A stretch of 64,000 nucleotides of DNA from a virus. Lineage: Duplodnaviria > Caudoviricetes. A program made the position numbers and the translations under genes. The notes beneath the pieces are model-generated. The model made no database searches, was not told where the DNA came from, and was given only the letters and a program-made list of their open reading frames with translations. Below are positions 40,049-51,251 of this stretch, one piece after another. The stretch is taken from the IMG/VR virus record IMGVR_UViG_3300019378_000951, positions 1-64,000 of that record; one strand, given 5' to 3'. Each line of letters starts with the position of its first letter. Position 1 is the first letter of the stretch.

Positions 40049-40603
40049 CTATTCTACTACAAAATAAGATTGCTCAAAGTAAGTTTGGTCTTCTATTCTA
40101 AATATCTTTTCTTTAGGATTAGATAACGCAACTTTACCATTATATTCATATAACCATACCCAGTCTTTAAATTTTCCATCAACTGCATCTAGTTTTGAAT
40201 ATACTTTAGGTTTGTTTCCATTTAATATAACATTTAACAATGACATGTTTATAAATTCTTTACTACTTATCTTATTAAAATCTAATCCAGTATATTCGCA
40301 TATTCTTAAATATATAGTGTCTATAGTACAAAATGTACCTCCTTCTGCTAAACTTGTTTCATATCTTACAAGTTTATCATTTGATATAACTAATTTTACA
40401 TTTATCCCCCAGTCCATCGCTAAAAATGCCATTGATTTTTCTAAAAATATAAAGTGTCTAAACATTTCGTTACTTGATTTATTGTTTTTTGAATAATTGT
40501 TTATTGTTTTTACGTTGCTCCAAAAATTATTAAGTGTTGTTTCTATATTCTCTTTAATTTTCACTCTATCACTATGTCTTTTATTGTTTAAGTTCATCAT
40601 CAT
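40049..40603 (-). CDS. Hypothetical protein
   Basis: ORF with RBS. Confidence 0.6.
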   Translation of the reverse strand: MMMNLNNKRHSDRVKIKENIETTLNNFWSNVKTINNYSKNNKSSNEMFRHFIFLEKSMAFLAMDWGINVKLVISNDKLVRYETSLAEGGTFCTIDTIYLRICEYTGLDFNKISSKEFINMSLLNVILNGNKPKVYSKLDAVDGKFKDWVWLYEYNGKVALSNPKEKIFRIEDQTYFEQSYFVVE

Positions 40604-40623
40604 ATTAAATACCCCCTCTAATT

Positions 40624-41262
40624 TTAATTAGGTACTATTAAATTTTTGTTACTATCTTCTAAAAAATTGTAAAAATTTTTTACTTCATTCATGAATGTTT
40701 TAGTAAATTTTGCGGCTACATGCCTAATATCTTCAACTCTATACCACTCATTACTTCTTTCTATGTTTGTTATAGTTTTAATATCAAATTTATAACCAAC
40801 TGGTAGAATTATAGAAAAGTCTCCAACTTCTGTTATATGTTTATTAACTCCAGCTCCGGGTTTTACTCCGCCAGTTCTAAATTTAAGTTTAAGCATTTCA
40901 ATATTATTATCAAATGCCAATGCCGCATCAAATGCAATTATTAAATCATGGTTGTTTCTTTTTATCTCGTTTATAACATCTTCAGCATTTATGCCATTGA
41001 ACCAGTATAAATGTTTTTCAGTTATACCTTCTTTTAAAAATTCATCATATATTATTGGACCAAATATGTCAAAATTAACTTTTCTGCTTCCAACACAAAC
41101 CAATGCCGGATTTTTAGTATACTTGAATTTTACGGCAATTGTTTTAGCTAGATTAGTTAAATGATCGTCACAATTACTAGTAAACATTATATCTTTTAAA
41201 TAATCAGCTAGTTCATTTCCATTTCTAAAAATTTCACCATTAAATTTAATTCTTTTTTCCAT
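40624..41262 (-). CDS. yyaC: Spore protease YyaC-like protein (DUF1256)
   Basis: VCVGS....DIFGP, IIAFDAAL, KPGAGVNK....VGDFSI. Confidence 0.75.
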   Translation of the reverse strand: MEKRIKFNGEIFRNGNELADYLKDIMFTSNCDDHLTNLAKTIAVKFKYTKNPALVCVGSRKVNFDIFGPIIYDEFLKEGITEKHLYWFNGINAEDVINEIKRNNHDLIIAFDAALAFDNNIEMLKLKFRTGGVKPGAGVNKHITEVGDFSIILPVGYKFDIKTITNIERSNEWYRVEDIRHVAAKFTKTFMNEVKNFYNFLEDSNKNLIVPN

Positions 41263-41346
41263 AAACGTACCTCCAATTTAATTTAATAATGTGATAAAAC
41301 GATTTTATTATCGTTTTATCACATTTATAATATATATTTAAAATCA

Positions 41347-42159
41347 TTAACGTCCTACATATCTATAAGCTTTTTCTACATAATCTCTATCAAAATCAAC
41401 TATTCTAGCAGTATTACAAGTTTCTAATATAGCATAATCTATAGTTGCTTGTATCATTGAAGTCATTGTTAAATTTTCTTTAACATCTTCATTAAGCATT
41501 GCTAATTGATCCTCTTCTCCTGATATATTTGATTTATAATTAGTTTCTATTAACATTCTAAACATTGATTTTTTGTCATGTTTTCTTAAACTTCCATCTT
41601 CTTTTAATGTAACATTGAAATTTTCTAATTTTATAGCTTTAGTAACTTTTTCATTTACCATTGAAGTAAGTTCATTAAGTATAAGTTTACATTCATCTAC
41701 TGTTTCGTTAAAACATTTGTCGCAGCTATTAGCTGAAACCCTTGCATATTTAGCTGCCACTTTAGTTATTGTATCCCAAGCTCCCCCATCAGGCATATTT
41801 TTTATTATACCAGATTCTAACATTGCATCGTACATATCTCCGATTTGAGTTTCTATTTCAGCTTCATTTAATCTTATTATATTTTTTTCTATAGGACACG
41901 CCTCAACAACAGCGCTTATAAATAAGTCTCTAGTTACTTCTTGTAACTTTTCTTGGTACTCTTCAAATAATAATTCTTTAGAATTATCTTTGTCCCCCCA
42001 ATTAAATGATTGTCTTGCACTTTCAGTATATATATTTAAATTATCATTAGGGTCAAACTCATTTTCTTTAGCAAGATCTAAAGATTCTTGAAACATTTCA
42101 GCCATACGATTTTGCATGTTAAATTGTCTCTCTCTATATTTCATATCTCTTTCTTTCAT
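41347..42159 (-). CDS. Putative virion protein
   Basis: Multiple phi-x-E motifs; downstream of baseplate gene. Confidence 0.5.
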   Translation of the reverse strand: MKERDMKYRERQFNMQNRMAEMFQESLDLAKENEFDPNDNLNIYTESARQSFNWGDKDNSKELLFEEYQEKLQEVTRDLFISAVVEACPIEKNIIRLNEAEIETQIGDMYDAMLESGIIKNMPDGGAWDTITKVAAKYARVSANSCDKCFNETVDECKLILNELTSMVNEKVTKAIKLENFNVTLKEDGSLRKHDKKSMFRMLIETNYKSNISGEEDQLAMLNEDVKENLTMTSMIQATIDYAILETCNTARIVDFDRDYVEKAYRYVGR

Positions 42160-42222
42160 TAGTTTTAAACCTCCGCATCTTAATTATTCTTAATACAACA
42201 TATGGATTTGTTCAATATAATT

Positions 42223-45200
42223 TTATTTGTAAACTACATTTATATTATAATCATATTTTAAATATAGATTTATTCCGTCGTCTTGGCTATCATCATATTT
42301 TAATATTTTTTCGATATTTAAATATTCTGGTACATAATCATTTATTTCATCTGATGTCATATTATTAAAACCTTCAAATGCATTGAATATTTTTTGTGTA
42401 TCTTCACCTGCGACCTTTCCAAATTCAACATATTGAATTGAATCGAAATTAATTTCTAGCTCTCTTAAAAGATTTGATATTGCAAATAAACCAGTATGGT
42501 TACTCGCCTCAACAAAATCACTAATGAATTCTTTAATTATACTATCCTCATTATTGTCGATTATACGATTTGTATAAATAGTAAAATTTAAAGGAATTGA
42601 TGTAACATCAACGTAATCAAAATTTTCATATTTAAAATCTAAATTATTTGTATCCGTTACCCAATATTTTGAATATCCATATGTATTAGTAAATTTTAAA
42701 TCTAATGAATTATTATTTTCTAAAGTGTTAATTAAATCATAAGAAACCGTATCATATGCATCTAAAATATCTAAAATTTCATCATATTTTTGTTGAAAAT
42801 ATGAATACTCTATTAATGGCACCTGTTTAAGATCATAATATTCAGAAATCACATCTCCATCGCCATTTCTTAATTTAACAGGTAATATATCGCTATATGT
42901 ATAATTTTCTAAATTTTTAAATAATGATATTTCTTTAACATTGCTATATACACATGCTGTTGCGTAATCATGTACATCACTCATATAATCAAAATTTCCA
43001 TATTTAGTAATATCTGCATTGTCTTTATATAAAACCGCTATTTCTATATTTATATTGTCTGTTAAGAAAACTGCTGCAGTTTCGCCGCCTTCTAAATTTT
43101 TTGGATTCTCAAGCTCATATAATGACCCAACTGTCATAATCTCTTCATTTTTATTTATAATATCTCGATAAGTTACAATATCAGCTGCATATTTAAAAGA
43201 GTCATCAATACGTTCCATTTCTAAACAACCTTGAACTTCACCATGTTTATCATATACTATCATTCTGACTTTACATTTTGCATCTAACTCATCGATAGTT
43301 AAATTTGTATTAAGGTCTACAGTTATATCGTATATTTCGGAATTTATATCAACATTTGGTTTTTTGTCTATTTGAATATTACCAAATGTAAAATTTCGGT
43401 CTACAAAATTATTAACATGAACTAGTTGTAGTTTATATAGTTCATACATTGAAGTAATATAATAATTACATTTAAGTATAGGAGAATCTATTATTTTCAA
43501 TGTATATGGTATGGCATAAATTATAAATCTTTTATCTAAAAGATAATCATCTGAATTGCATATAAAAGAATATTTATTTGCTTCACATATAACTGCATCT
43601 TCTATATTAATATTATTATTTAATCCTAAATTTAAATTTGAATTTTTTATATAAATTGTATACTCATTTTTGTTACATTTTATAATAGGCCATTCTAATA
43701 AAAAATCATCTTTTATTAGATCAACTTGGTTTGATATTGTATCGTGTAATAATATTCGACGATTTATTCTTGTTCCGTCTATAGTTATTTTATATTGAGT
43801 TTCAACTAACATATCATCTTTATTTTTTTCATAATACTTATAGACGCCTTCTACAAAATCATACATAAAATCTAAATTTTGAGATGTTTTTTCTATTATA
43901 AATTTATTGTCTAAATCAACGCTTATCATATTATTTTCAAATAACATAAATTTGTCATTTACTCTGTCATATAATACTTTAGAATTATCTCTAATCATAC
44001 CTTTAGCATGATCTTTTAAAATATTTGCAAATCTGTCATCCATATTTTCATGTATTTTAATTGGTTCGTCTAAATATTTTTTACTAATTAACAAATGAGG
44101 GGCTGTATTTGTAGGTATTATTTTACCTCCTCTTTCTCTCATAGTAATATAACCTGTAAATATGCGTCTTAATATATCATTTCTTTTTTTAAAAAATTCA
44201 ACATTAGAACCATTGACTGATGTATTTGTATTAAAATTTGTAAAATAATAATTTAAGTCTGTATCGGTTATTATATTTTTACGGGTAAGCATAGCTTCTG
44301 TAATTTTATTTTTTAGTTCTGTAGTTGTATACCTATTTTTACCACCTGCAGAGTTTGTTATTGGAGTTACTTGCACGCCCATATTTGAAAATTCATTAGT
44401 ACTTGAAAAATTTACGTCTACAGTTCCAGTGTATGTAAAGTTACCAGCTTCTCCATATGTAGTATACATTACTATTTCAACTTCACTATTTTTACGAGGT
44501 CTAAATGAGTTGCTATCAGCTCCAAAAGATATTTCTAAAGTAGACCCCATAATAGCATAATGACAAAATGGTAATCCGCTAGAATCAGAATACTGATTAT
44601 TTTGATAACTCTTAATTTTAGTTTTTACTCCATTATATATGTAATAAACCTCGATATATGCAATTTGTCCAGTAAATGAAGTAGTTAAGAATAAGTTATC
44701 TAAATAATTATTGCTAGTTATTGAAAACGTTGTAGATTTTTTATATAGTTGATATAGATCTATACCTATAAAAATATAATCCCCATCAGTTGTAGATTCG
44801 TTCCAAGTTTTTAAATAAGGATTATTTGTGACTTTTAAAAATGGGAATACGTCTTTATCAGTATCATATTTTACAGATATAGAATACGATCCAGTTATTT
44901 CATTTTCTTTTATTATAAATTGTAAATCATATGGTAATCTAAATGGTATTTGTTCTATTGAAAATACGTAATCTTTACTTATTGTTAATATATAAACTTT
45001 TCTAGCAAAACCTTCAAGTGTTGTATCTATTGATTGTATTGGCTTTTTTAATGGTGAATTTATAATATCATCTCTACGAATTGCAAGAGTTGCTCTCATT
45101 TTTGCAGGAATAGCTAATTCCATATCAACATTTGTTAATTTAGCAAAATTTGCAATAGATTCAGGAAATGATGCGGTATTTAAAAAATGTTCATCATATA

Positions 45201-45390
45201 ACACATTTCTATGATAAACATTATTTTTAATTTCGTTGCTTTGTATTTCATTATTGTAACCGAATAAACCAGCTTTAAGCATATTAACTGCTACTTCATT
45301 TTCAGGATCTATTCTGAAATATTTAAGTGCTATTTTAAACCATTCATCTTGAATGGGATAGCTGGAAGCCCCTACTTTAATATTTGCCAT
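42223..45390 (-). CDS. Putative baseplate wedge protein (gp6/J-like)
   Basis: FLNTA, LEISFG, YTTYGEAGN, SAGGKN. Confidence 0.65.
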   Translation of the reverse strand: MANIKVGASSYPIQDEWFKIALKYFRIDPENEVAVNMLKAGLFGYNNEIQSNEIKNNVYHRNVLYDEHFLNTASFPESIANFAKLTNVDMELAIPAKMRATLAIRRDDIINSPLKKPIQSIDTTLEGFARKVYILTISKDYVFSIEQIPFRLPYDLQFIIKENEITGSYSISVKYDTDKDVFPFLKVTNNPYLKTWNESTTDGDYIFIGIDLYQLYKKSTTFSITSNNYLDNLFLTTSFTGQIAYIEVYYIYNGVKTKIKSYQNNQYSDSSGLPFCHYAIMGSTLEISFGADSNSFRPRKNSEVEIVMYTTYGEAGNFTYTGTVDVNFSSTNEFSNMGVQVTPITNSAGGKNRYTTTELKNKITEAMLTRKNIITDTDLNYYFTNFNTNTSVNGSNVEFFKKRNDILRRIFTGYITMRERGGKIIPTNTAPHLLISKKYLDEPIKIHENMDDRFANILKDHAKGMIRDNSKVLYDRVNDKFMLFENNMISVDLDNKFIIEKTSQNLDFMYDFVEGVYKYYEKNKDDMLVETQYKITIDGTRINRRILLHDTISNQVDLIKDDFLLEWPIIKCNKNEYTIYIKNSNLNLGLNNNINIEDAVICEANKYSFICNSDDYLLDKRFIIYAIPYTLKIIDSPILKCNYYITSMYELYKLQLVHVNNFVDRNFTFGNIQIDKKPNVDINSEIYDITVDLNTNLTIDELDAKCKVRMIVYDKHGEVQGCLEMERIDDSFKYAADIVTYRDIINKNEEIMTVGSLYELENPKNLEGGETAAVFLTDNINIEIAVLYKDNADITKYGNFDYMSDVHDYATACVYSNVKEISLFKNLENYTYSDILPVKLRNGDGDVISEYYDLKQVPLIEYSYFQQKYDEILDILDAYDTVSYDLINTLENNNSLDLKFTNTYGYSKYWVTDTNNLDFKYENFDYVDVTSIPLNFTIYTNRIIDNNEDSIIKEFISDFVEASNHTGLFAISNLLRELEINFDSIQYVEFGKVAGEDTQKIFNAFEGFNNMTSDEINDYVPEYLNIEKILKYDDSQDDGINLYLKYDYNINVVYK

Positions 45391-45436
45391 AATACTCCCT
45401 CCTTTTTATTATTCAAAATTAAGTTATTAATTATAT

Positions 45437-46735
45437 TTACATTTGCCACAATGAGATATTAGGTGGTAACACATCGCCTGTAACTATTTCATTTTTATTA
45501 TCTTGAACATTAGGTATAACTGTCACATCATTAATTGTTGCATTATTCCCATATAAATATTCTTGAGTAGAATTTGATGATATACTTGAACTACTATCGC
45601 TGTAATTACTTTTTGTAGGCTCTGAAATAGTTCTATCTGTATCAAACACCAATTTAAACCCATAGCCACCAGTTTCAGGTTGATAAGAGATTACTGTTGG
45701 ACATACTGAACTTTTAAGACTGCCAGATATTAAATCATCCGCTTTTTCATTCATACCGTTTTCATCCCAATCCATAGTTATTGGAACTGAACCGACTATT
45801 CTATTGAAATCTCTTAATATAGCTACAGACATATCTTCTTTATAACAATATGAGTAATTTATAGTTATATCAGGAACTTCATGACTAGTAAGATCTCCTC
45901 CTAAAGAACTATATGGCACATTTAATGGTGCTACACCTGTATACTTAGCCCAGTATTTAATAGTTTCACCATCAAAATCACAAAGGATATAATAAATACT
46001 AGCCATATAATCAATAAATCCATCGTCTAATGCATTTCGACTAGGTATAAATTGACCCCTTCTTACTTTTTCAATATAATCTTGCCATGCTTTATGCATT
46101 TTTAATATTGGAAGATTTGTCATTTCTAAATATTTAATACTAATTTCATCTCCAACAATACTATCTACTAAACTACCTGGATGTACTTGTTTGTAACCGT
46201 AAAATGTTTCTCCTACTTCTTTAGTTCTTGCAACAGTGTCCTTAATATCAATACTAAGTGCAGTATTTGTTATGAGAGGTATTAAATCGCAATTCTTACC
46301 TCCAAGATCACCAAATAATGTATCAGTATAATTTTCATTTGTAAGATGTCTTAATATTTCTTTATTTTCGTTAGTGGATGTTGCCATATAAGTTAAAAAA
46401 CTGTCTGTCGATACATTAGCTTCACACAAATTTAACACAGGACCTGTCATAAAAACATATGGTATGCCTTTAACAAAAAAGTTTATATTATCATTTTGTA
46501 ACCTTTGAAAGTTAAAATTTGTTATAAATGCAACCTCGTCTATATCAAAATTTCCTACTGACTCTCTTAAACCAATTAAATCGTCATCAGTAATTTCATC
46601 TTCACCATTTCTTTCACCTAATGGTTGTTTAGTTGTAGTGCCAGGATGTTTATAATTAAGTTCGTTATTAATTGGAGCTTTTCCAGCCCCATTATTATCA
46701 ATATCGTTCAAAAAAATCACCCCCAAAAATTTCAT
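45437..46735 (-). CDS. Putative tail-tube-like baseplate protein
   Basis: YVFMTGP.LNL, H.AW..YI, YWAKYTGVAP. Confidence 0.5.
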   Translation of the reverse strand: MKFLGVIFLNDIDNNGAGKAPINNELNYKHPGTTTKQPLGERNGEDEITDDDLIGLRESVGNFDIDEVAFITNFNFQRLQNDNINFFVKGIPYVFMTGPVLNLCEANVSTDSFLTYMATSTNENKEILRHLTNENYTDTLFGDLGGKNCDLIPLITNTALSIDIKDTVARTKEVGETFYGYKQVHPGSLVDSIVGDEISIKYLEMTNLPILKMHKAWQDYIEKVRRGQFIPSRNALDDGFIDYMASIYYILCDFDGETIKYWAKYTGVAPLNVPYSSLGGDLTSHEVPDITINYSYCYKEDMSVAILRDFNRIVGSVPITMDWDENGMNEKADDLISGSLKSSVCPTVISYQPETGGYGFKLVFDTDRTISEPTKSNYSDSSSSISSNSTQEYLYGNNATINDVTVIPNVQDNKNEIVTGDVLPPNISLWQM

Positions 46736-46830
46736 TAATAATGTTGTTGTATAATATTAGATTGTTACGATATATTTTACAAATTTAAGGTTTATTAACA
46801 TACTAATAATTTTTTAAGGAGACAATAATT

Positions 46831-46983
46831 ATGGATAAAAAAGTAAGATTTGTAAATATTATTAATATAGAAAAATTAAAAGAAGAATTAAAAAATGAAA
46901 TTAAAAATGAATTAATATTAGAATTTTGGAATATTTTTAAGAAAGAAGATATAATTGATCTAACGGATGATACTAAAGAATAA
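46831..46983 (+). CDS. 50-aa hypothetical protein
   Basis: RBS AAGGAG and AACA-N6-TA at 46797. Confidence 0.45.
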   Translation: MDKKVRFVNIINIEKLKEELKNEIKNELILEFWNIFKKEDIIDLTDDTKE

Positions 46984-47064
46984 ATTAGTAATATTAAAAG
47001 TGATAGTATAACAAACAATCTAATATTGAAAATTTTTTATAAAGTAATGGAGGTTAAAGAAACT

Positions 47065-48345
47065 ATGAATATAGACGGCTTTTTAGATTTACTATTACAT
47101 GGTAAAGAAATAAAAGATGACATAAAGTCTTTTAAAGATATGAATAAAGTTACTAACGGTATAAAAGCAAGAGCTAGAGATTTAATTCTTCAATACCCAG
47201 TTTTAGTTTCAAATACATTATCTCAAGAAACAGTATCAGCTGTAACAAGAGCATTAGAACATGATTACGCAAACCATATGGTATTATTAATAAGCGACCA
47301 AAATTTAGATGGAGGCCCATCTACTAGTGATTATCTTAAAGGATTCCATAATAACGTATTAGAGTCTGGAAATTTACCATCTTCAGTTCTTAATAAAGTT
47401 AATGGAGAAATACTTAACGAAACAAATCAAAATCTATTTAATGAAATGTCATTAAATGATTTAACAGTTAATAGCGTTAAAATGAAATTATTTAACGAAG
47501 ATACTAATCAAGATTCAAAAGGTAGATCAGCTGAAGCTATTGCTAAAATGAATATTAAAAAAGCTGATAATTATGATAAAGAATTTGAAGCTAAAATGAA
47601 AAAAATGGAATTAGAAATAAATGACAAAAAAACAGCACAATTAGTAAATTCAGATGTCAGAAAATTAAACGATATGTCTCCAACATTTGTAAAAGGTAAT
47701 ATAAGTGTTATGTTACCAGGTGCATCTGTTGCTGTTGAAAAACCTATACATTTCGCTGTTAAAGCAGTAGCTCATTTACTAGATTCAGATGAAATAGTAT
47801 TAAATTTATCTAATAATCTTAATGATCCATCATTATTAGTTAAATTTATAGAATGGACTACAGGTGAAAAACGTTTATTTACAGATTTAATAATGCAAAA
47901 AGATGATATGAAAAGATTAGCTACGTCTAAAGGAAAAGGCGCTCACTGGTTTAGAAAATTATCTCTTATGGCAAATAACGCTAAAATGAGAAAATCTTGG
48001 GCACATATAGCTAGTAAAATGCCATGGGGTAAAAAAGCAGTTCAATTAATAAATGATAGAGTACCAATACCTACTATGTCATTAGTTATAAGTAAATCAG
48101 AAGTAGATCAAATAAGAGCTAAAACTGGTATAGACTTACTTCGTAAAGAAGGAGATATAAGAGCGCTTATGGATAGATTTTATTTATTAACATTTATGAT
48201 AGTAGATGATGCAACTGAAATGGTATATTTATATGATGAAGTATCTAAGAGATATGTAACTTATAGTATAAAACAATTAAAAGGTTTTGCTAAAGATGAT
48301 TTATTAACACCAGAACAAGCTATGAAACGTTCATTAATGAGATAG
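47065..48345 (+). CDS. Putative virion structural protein
   Basis: Late promoter at 47014; clustered LxE sites. Confidence 0.55.
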   Translation: MNIDGFLDLLLHGKEIKDDIKSFKDMNKVTNGIKARARDLILQYPVLVSNTLSQETVSAVTRALEHDYANHMVLLISDQNLDGGPSTSDYLKGFHNNVLESGNLPSSVLNKVNGEILNETNQNLFNEMSLNDLTVNSVKMKLFNEDTNQDSKGRSAEAIAKMNIKKADNYDKEFEAKMKKMELEINDKKTAQLVNSDVRKLNDMSPTFVKGNISVMLPGASVAVEKPIHFAVKAVAHLLDSDEIVLNLSNNLNDPSLLVKFIEWTTGEKRLFTDLIMQKDDMKRLATSKGKGAHWFRKLSLMANNAKMRKSWAHIASKMPWGKKAVQLINDRVPIPTMSLVISKSEVDQIRAKTGIDLLRKEGDIRALMDRFYLLTFMIVDDATEMVYLYDEVSKRYVTYSIKQLKGFAKDDLLTPEQAMKRSLMR

Positions 48346-48360
48346 GGAGGTTAACGAATT

Positions 48361-49326
48361 ATGTATGATAATAGATCGGAACATGATATATTACTTGAAA
48401 GTATGGTAACTACTTATTATGCAGATATTAAATATGACGTATTAACTGAAAGTGAAAAATTAAAAGCTGCAGATCAATTAATTACTAAACTTTTCAAAGA
48501 TATTAAAAATAAAACTTTAAAAATGAATGATAAAGATATAGAAAAAACTAAAGGAGATTTTTCTAAGCACCCAAACTATAAAGAATTATGCAGAGCTTTA
48601 AGATTTCTTGAAGAATCTGCAAACTCACAAAATAATGCAGGGTTAAGTGAAAAAGTTAAAGTATTAAGAGAAACTGAAGGGTTATTAATATCTAATAAAG
48701 ATGTATTTAAAAATGCATTCCAATATGGTAATGATGTTTTAGTAATATCATATTTTAATATATGTGCAGGACTTATAATTGGTATAAGTGAATGTATATC
48801 TCTAAATACACAAATAATACAATCTAAAAAATATGGAGCTGATTCTGTAGGTAATAGATCGTTTGGTGGAAAATCTAACTATATTGAAGGACTAAAAAGT
48901 GCTAATGCTGTAATGAAAAGTAATAAATTACGTATGATAAACGATACAATAGTTGTTAAAAATGAATCATTTACAAATAGCGTAAAAAATATTTGGAACT
49001 CTACTAAAATTCCTAGAAGAATAGGATTAGGAGTTGCTGGTGTTTATCTTTTATTAAGTGCAGTTAAAAGAATATGTTTTACATACTTCCATCAAAGAGT
49101 AAAACTAGCTGACCATTTAAGAAATACTGCAGAATACGTTCAATTAAAATCTGATGGGGTATCAGATAATAATATTAAAGCTAAACAACAAAAATGGATA
49201 GATAAATTATTAGCATTTGCTGAAAAAGTTGATGTTGACAGTACTAATGCTAATGCTAAAGCTGATGCAGATATAAAATCGTCAGATCAAGAAATGTCTG
49301 AATTACCAACTACTTGGATTATGTAA
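48361..49326 (+). CDS. Putative virion structural protein
   Basis: LLES and LTES motifs; same operon. Confidence 0.55.
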   Translation: MYDNRSEHDILLESMVTTYYADIKYDVLTESEKLKAADQLITKLFKDIKNKTLKMNDKDIEKTKGDFSKHPNYKELCRALRFLEESANSQNNAGLSEKVKVLRETEGLLISNKDVFKNAFQYGNDVLVISYFNICAGLIIGISECISLNTQIIQSKKYGADSVGNRSFGGKSNYIEGLKSANAVMKSNKLRMINDTIVVKNESFTNSVKNIWNSTKIPRRIGLGVAGVYLLLSAVKRICFTYFHQRVKLADHLRNTAEYVQLKSDGVSDNNIKAKQQKWIDKLLAFAEKVDVDSTNANAKADADIKSSDQEMSELPTTWIM

Positions 49327-49338
49327 GGAGGTAATTGT

Positions 49339-50118
49339 ATGACCATTCAGGAAATATTAAACGAATCATTTTATATAGAAATGAGTCTTTCAAATCTTGG
49401 TATATATAATGAAGGAATTGGTGATGTTGCAAGTTCAGTATACAACGCTGTAGTTAGAATGATTGAGAAATTTATAGGTTGGGTTAGAAATACAGTTATA
49501 CCTTTTTTCCAACGTATAGGAAAAATTATTGCAAACCTTCTTAGAAAAACTAAGTTGGGAAGAAAATTGCTTAAAAAACATGATGATAAAGTGGCAGCAG
49601 CTAAAGCTACAGAAGAAAAAATACAGGCTGAACAAGAATATGACAATAAAGATGCTGAAATGATGAATAATTTAAAAATAAAAGTAATGCAGTATCCTAC
49701 TTGGTTAAATTATATAGCTAATAGTTTAATAAACCCGAATGCAATATTAAAGCTTGCTAATTCTACAGAAGATAGATCTGCTGATATAAATGATTTAGAA
49801 GAAAAAATTTCTAAACATATAGAAGATGGTCATGAAGTGAAAATAATAGTAGGTTTTGATAATGCGAAACCTGAAGTTATAAAACAATTAGAAATTATGG
49901 AAAAATCAGTTCAGACGTTTGAATCAAATTCAAAAGCAATAATTACAAGATGTGAAGAATTGAAAAGAAAACTAGAAGGTAAACAAGACAATGGATCTGT
50001 AATGAGAGCTAAAAATACTTCAGCTGTAATACAAGTTATCACTCAAAAAACAGCAGAATCTGTAAAACTATCAGCTGAAATTATTAAAAAACTTAAGTTT
50101 GCATCTGATCCTTTCTAA
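49339..50118 (+). CDS. Putative internal head protein
   Basis: LNES and YNEG followed by an amphipathic helix. Confidence 0.55.
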   Translation: MTIQEILNESFYIEMSLSNLGIYNEGIGDVASSVYNAVVRMIEKFIGWVRNTVIPFFQRIGKIIANLLRKTKLGRKLLKKHDDKVAAAKATEEKIQAEQEYDNKDAEMMNNLKIKVMQYPTWLNYIANSLINPNAILKLANSTEDRSADINDLEEKISKHIEDGHEVKIIVGFDNAKPEVIKQLEIMEKSVQTFESNSKAIITRCEELKRKLEGKQDNGSVMRAKNTSAVIQVITQKTAESVKLSAEIIKKLKFASDPF

Positions 50119-50126
50119 AAAAAAAA

Positions 50127-50154
50127 TAGAGAATAACCATAAGGTTATTCTCTA
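50127..50154. terminator. Bidirectional hairpin terminator
   Basis: tagagaataacc-ataa-ggttattctcta. Confidence 0.65.
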
Positions 50155-50913
50155 TATTAATACTGACAGCAATCCTAATATAAGATTAAGATTATTATTG
50201 TGTATACAATACTTCATCATTGATTCATCAATACTGTCAATTTCCATTAAATTGTCATTATAAGTATTGATTATATAACTATTAAATACTAAATCTTTAT
50301 AGTACCCTACAGGCAATTCAAATTCAGTAAATTCACTTTTCAAATATATTAAATCGTCTATATAATCATCTACACTGTTTAATATCTTACTAAATATCTT
50401 TTTACAATCTTTCATTAAGTAATTCATATGATGTTCAACTGCATCCTTATTATAACCTTTAACATCTAATATATCCTTTATCGGATCATAGTAAAATTCT
50501 TTACCTAATATATTCGCATAAAATATATATGAGTTTTTAGGTCTAAATTCAATATAATCTCCGAATTTAGTTTCTTTACAAGTTTTAGTTGTAAATATTG
50601 CATCTTTCTTTATACTTATAATATCTCCATCTTGTATATCGTTATATTCAAAGAATGCTTGTCTAGCTTCTATAAAACCATTCATTAATTGCCTACCTAG
50701 TTGTGGTTTATCTTTTATCATTTTACCTATTGTAATAGTTCTATCTTTCTTACTCATTGATTCTAATAACTGTAATTCAGAATTACTTAAATACTTTCCT
50801 TCTCGTAGTATACTGTATCCACCTTCTTTCATGTCGTATTCAGTAATTCTAATATTACGTACTAATGTTACAGGTGCTGTATAATTGTGTTTATGATACA
50901 GTACACTCGCCAT
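50152..50913 (-). CDS. Small divergent DNA polymerase palm-like protein
   Basis: ITEYDMKEGGYS (motif A-like) and ISIKKDAIF (motif C-like). Confidence 0.5.
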   Translation of the reverse strand: MASVLYHKHNYTAPVTLVRNIRITEYDMKEGGYSILREGKYLSNSELQLLESMSKKDRTITIGKMIKDKPQLGRQLMNGFIEARQAFFEYNDIQDGDIISIKKDAIFTTKTCKETKFGDYIEFRPKNSYIFYANILGKEFYYDPIKDILDVKGYNKDAVEHHMNYLMKDCKKIFSKILNSVDDYIDDLIYLKSEFTEFELPVGYYKDLVFNSYIINTYNDNLMEIDSIDESMMKYCIHNNNLNLILGLLSVLI

Positions 50914-50923
50914 TTTATACCTC

Positions 50924-51217
50924 CTAATCTAATATAATTTCAGCAGCTAAACGTTTTTTTAATTTGTCACTTATTAGTTCTAGTGGTATCTCCCTACCAG
51001 TTATCTGTTCTATCCATTTTTCTCTACCATTAAATGCGTTATATGTGATATGAGATAACATAACAGCTTTACCTTCACAAACTATTACCATAAATGGTTT
51101 AAACATTATTAAATAATTGTCCTCATATTCCCCCTTATCAAAATGATAAAATTTCATATCGATTGTTATAGGTTCATCATTAAGTAAGTACGTATACTTA
51201 CTTTCTTTTATTATCAA
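50924..51217 (-). CDS. Hypothetical protein
   Basis: Ends KRLAAEIILD (tag-like). Confidence 0.5.
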   Translation of the reverse strand: MIIKESKYTYLLNDEPITIDMKFYHFDKGEYEDNYLIMFKPFMVIVCEGKAVMLSHITYNAFNGREKWIEQITGREIPLELISDKLKKRLAAEIILD

Positions 51218-51251
51218 TGGAATCAGTCCTCTTTCTGTCTGTAATTATTAG

